A stretch of DNA of 64,000 bases. It comes from the human T2T-CHM13v2.0 reference genome, Homo sapiens. The notes beneath the pieces are model-generated. The model had not been told where the DNA came from. It saw only the letters and a program-made list of their open reading frames with translations, and searched no databases. The position numbers and the translations under genes are program-made. Shown piece after piece: positions 62,421-64,000 of this stretch (the first letter of the stretch is position 1; every line of letters starts with the position of its first letter). The stretch lies in NCBI RefSeq assembly GCF_009914755.1, contig NC_060938.1, one strand, 5' to 3'.

Positions 62421-64000
62421 GATTTCAAAACCAAAATGTTCTTACTCCTTTTGGTTTACTACCCACCATAGCAGAGATACAGTGAGCTTCGTGGGAGAGA
62501 GAAAATTTCAAATGAAAGAAAACTATAGCAATGGAGAGTCAAGAAATGTCTAACTCGGTAGGACAACAGGATTTTAGGAGAAGGGGTTCCACAACGCAAG
62601 GCAAAAAAGCAACTGATGTCCTCAGGACATTTATGGAAGGAAGGTATTTTGATGAAGCATCTTTATTATTAAATGTGATCACACATAAATTAACTTTGTA
62701 GAGATAATCTAATTGTTGGTGAAGCCTTAATTGAATGCAGATTGTTACATGCTCTTTGTACGGCAGGATTTATTGGAAGGACATGAAGTAGAGAAATGAT
62801 TTGGTATCATTTTGACAAGCATTGTCTACTTATTTAAAAGGTGTGATGACATATGATCCAGCATCAGATCCCTAGATAGGAACCTGTTTTACATATAGGT
62901 ATATGCAGTTTTTTTTTAAATAAAAATTAACATTTTCTCAATCTTTTCCATTATTTTGCTAAGGATTTTCTTATTGTAGTGTGGGTATAAATTTAACTCT
63001 AATTCTAGCCATAAAAACTATTTAAAACGATTTGGCCTCATTGTATGGAATTTAAATTTTGAGAAGTGTTTTTTCTTTTTTTCTATTGTACAAGTCTGGT
63101 ACATCAGAGAAACAAGTAATAACAGACCAGGTATTTTTTGAAACTTTAATTTACTGGTTTGAGTAGAGCAAGGGCTCATAGAATTCATGAGAAGTAGAAG
63201 CTGAGGAAGACTGGGGCCAGGCTGAGATTTAACTGAAGAAATCTTGGAATTAGAGAGGACCATGGATTTCAAGGTTAAGTATGTGATGATCATCATTGAG
63301 TCAAAATAGAAAGAATGTAGTGTATTCAACAAGTATTTGTTGAAAATTTACAACTGTATAGGAAATTTGCAATTCTTCTATCAGGAATTATGCTTGACTT
63401 TCTGTGCTTTATTATTTTTCAGATATTCCAGAATATAATAAAATCTTGTTTTTATTAAATCTGCAACCAACTTCTAAATATCCCAACCCCTGAGCAGTGA
63501 TGAGCAGAAGACTAAAGCTATATTGTTCCAAATCAAGTCAGAAATGAGGAGAAATCAGGAGAATAAGGTCCTCTGTGGAAAATTCCCTGGCATTAGTTTC
63601 ATGAAGCTGAATTTTGAGCACTGATAATAGGAACACTGCTGCCAACCTAGATATCACGGCACACAGGTAGATTTTGAAAGACATCCAGACCGCATACCTC
63701 TTAGCAATTTGTAGCTGGTGTTTAGCACCTGATGTTATATTCTGACGTACACCCAGAACCTGGTCACGACATACTGTCTGCCACCTTAACCATTTCAAAC
63801 TCTTGGGCTCTGTGCCAGATGCCAAACTGGCAAACTGTAGACAAAAAAATTCCATAATCCAATTATGGAAGTATAAGCCAGGTGAGTCTAACTTGGAGTT
63901 TGAATCACAAAATTTCAATAATTTCCTTCCCATTTCATTCTATCTAAAGGCTTCTCAACTTTGTGGCTATTAACATTTAGGCTGGGAAGTTTTTTTGGCT

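Overview
Repeat-dominated hominoid (probably human) genomic DNA, intergenic or intronic; no intact protein-coding gene is supported. The main contents are: (1) a decayed, intronless processed pseudogene of mitochondrial ATP synthase alpha (ATP5F1A, minus strand, ~18.95-20.76 kb); (2) a full-length ~6.16 kb L1PA3-type LINE-1 (51522-57678) with disrupted ORF1, ORF2 and ORF0 that keeps the 129-bp ZNF93-bound 5'UTR segment, nested in an AluJ tail inside an L1MB element; (3) older L1M/L1MA/L1PB, Alu, MaLR/ERVL, L2, MIR and DNA-transposon remnants (MER75, MADE1, MER3, MER5A1). The most unusual non-repeat structure is a near-perfect 82-bp inverted repeat with a 31-nt loop (42190-42384). Other locally templated copies occur too: a 59-bp inverted copy next to a snap-back hairpin, a 51-bp dispersed copy and a 35-bp tandem duplication. 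I found no evidence of a new multi-gene system. Repeat subfamily names come from recalled consensus features and need RepeatMasker/Dfam confirmation; boundaries of old repeats are approximate.
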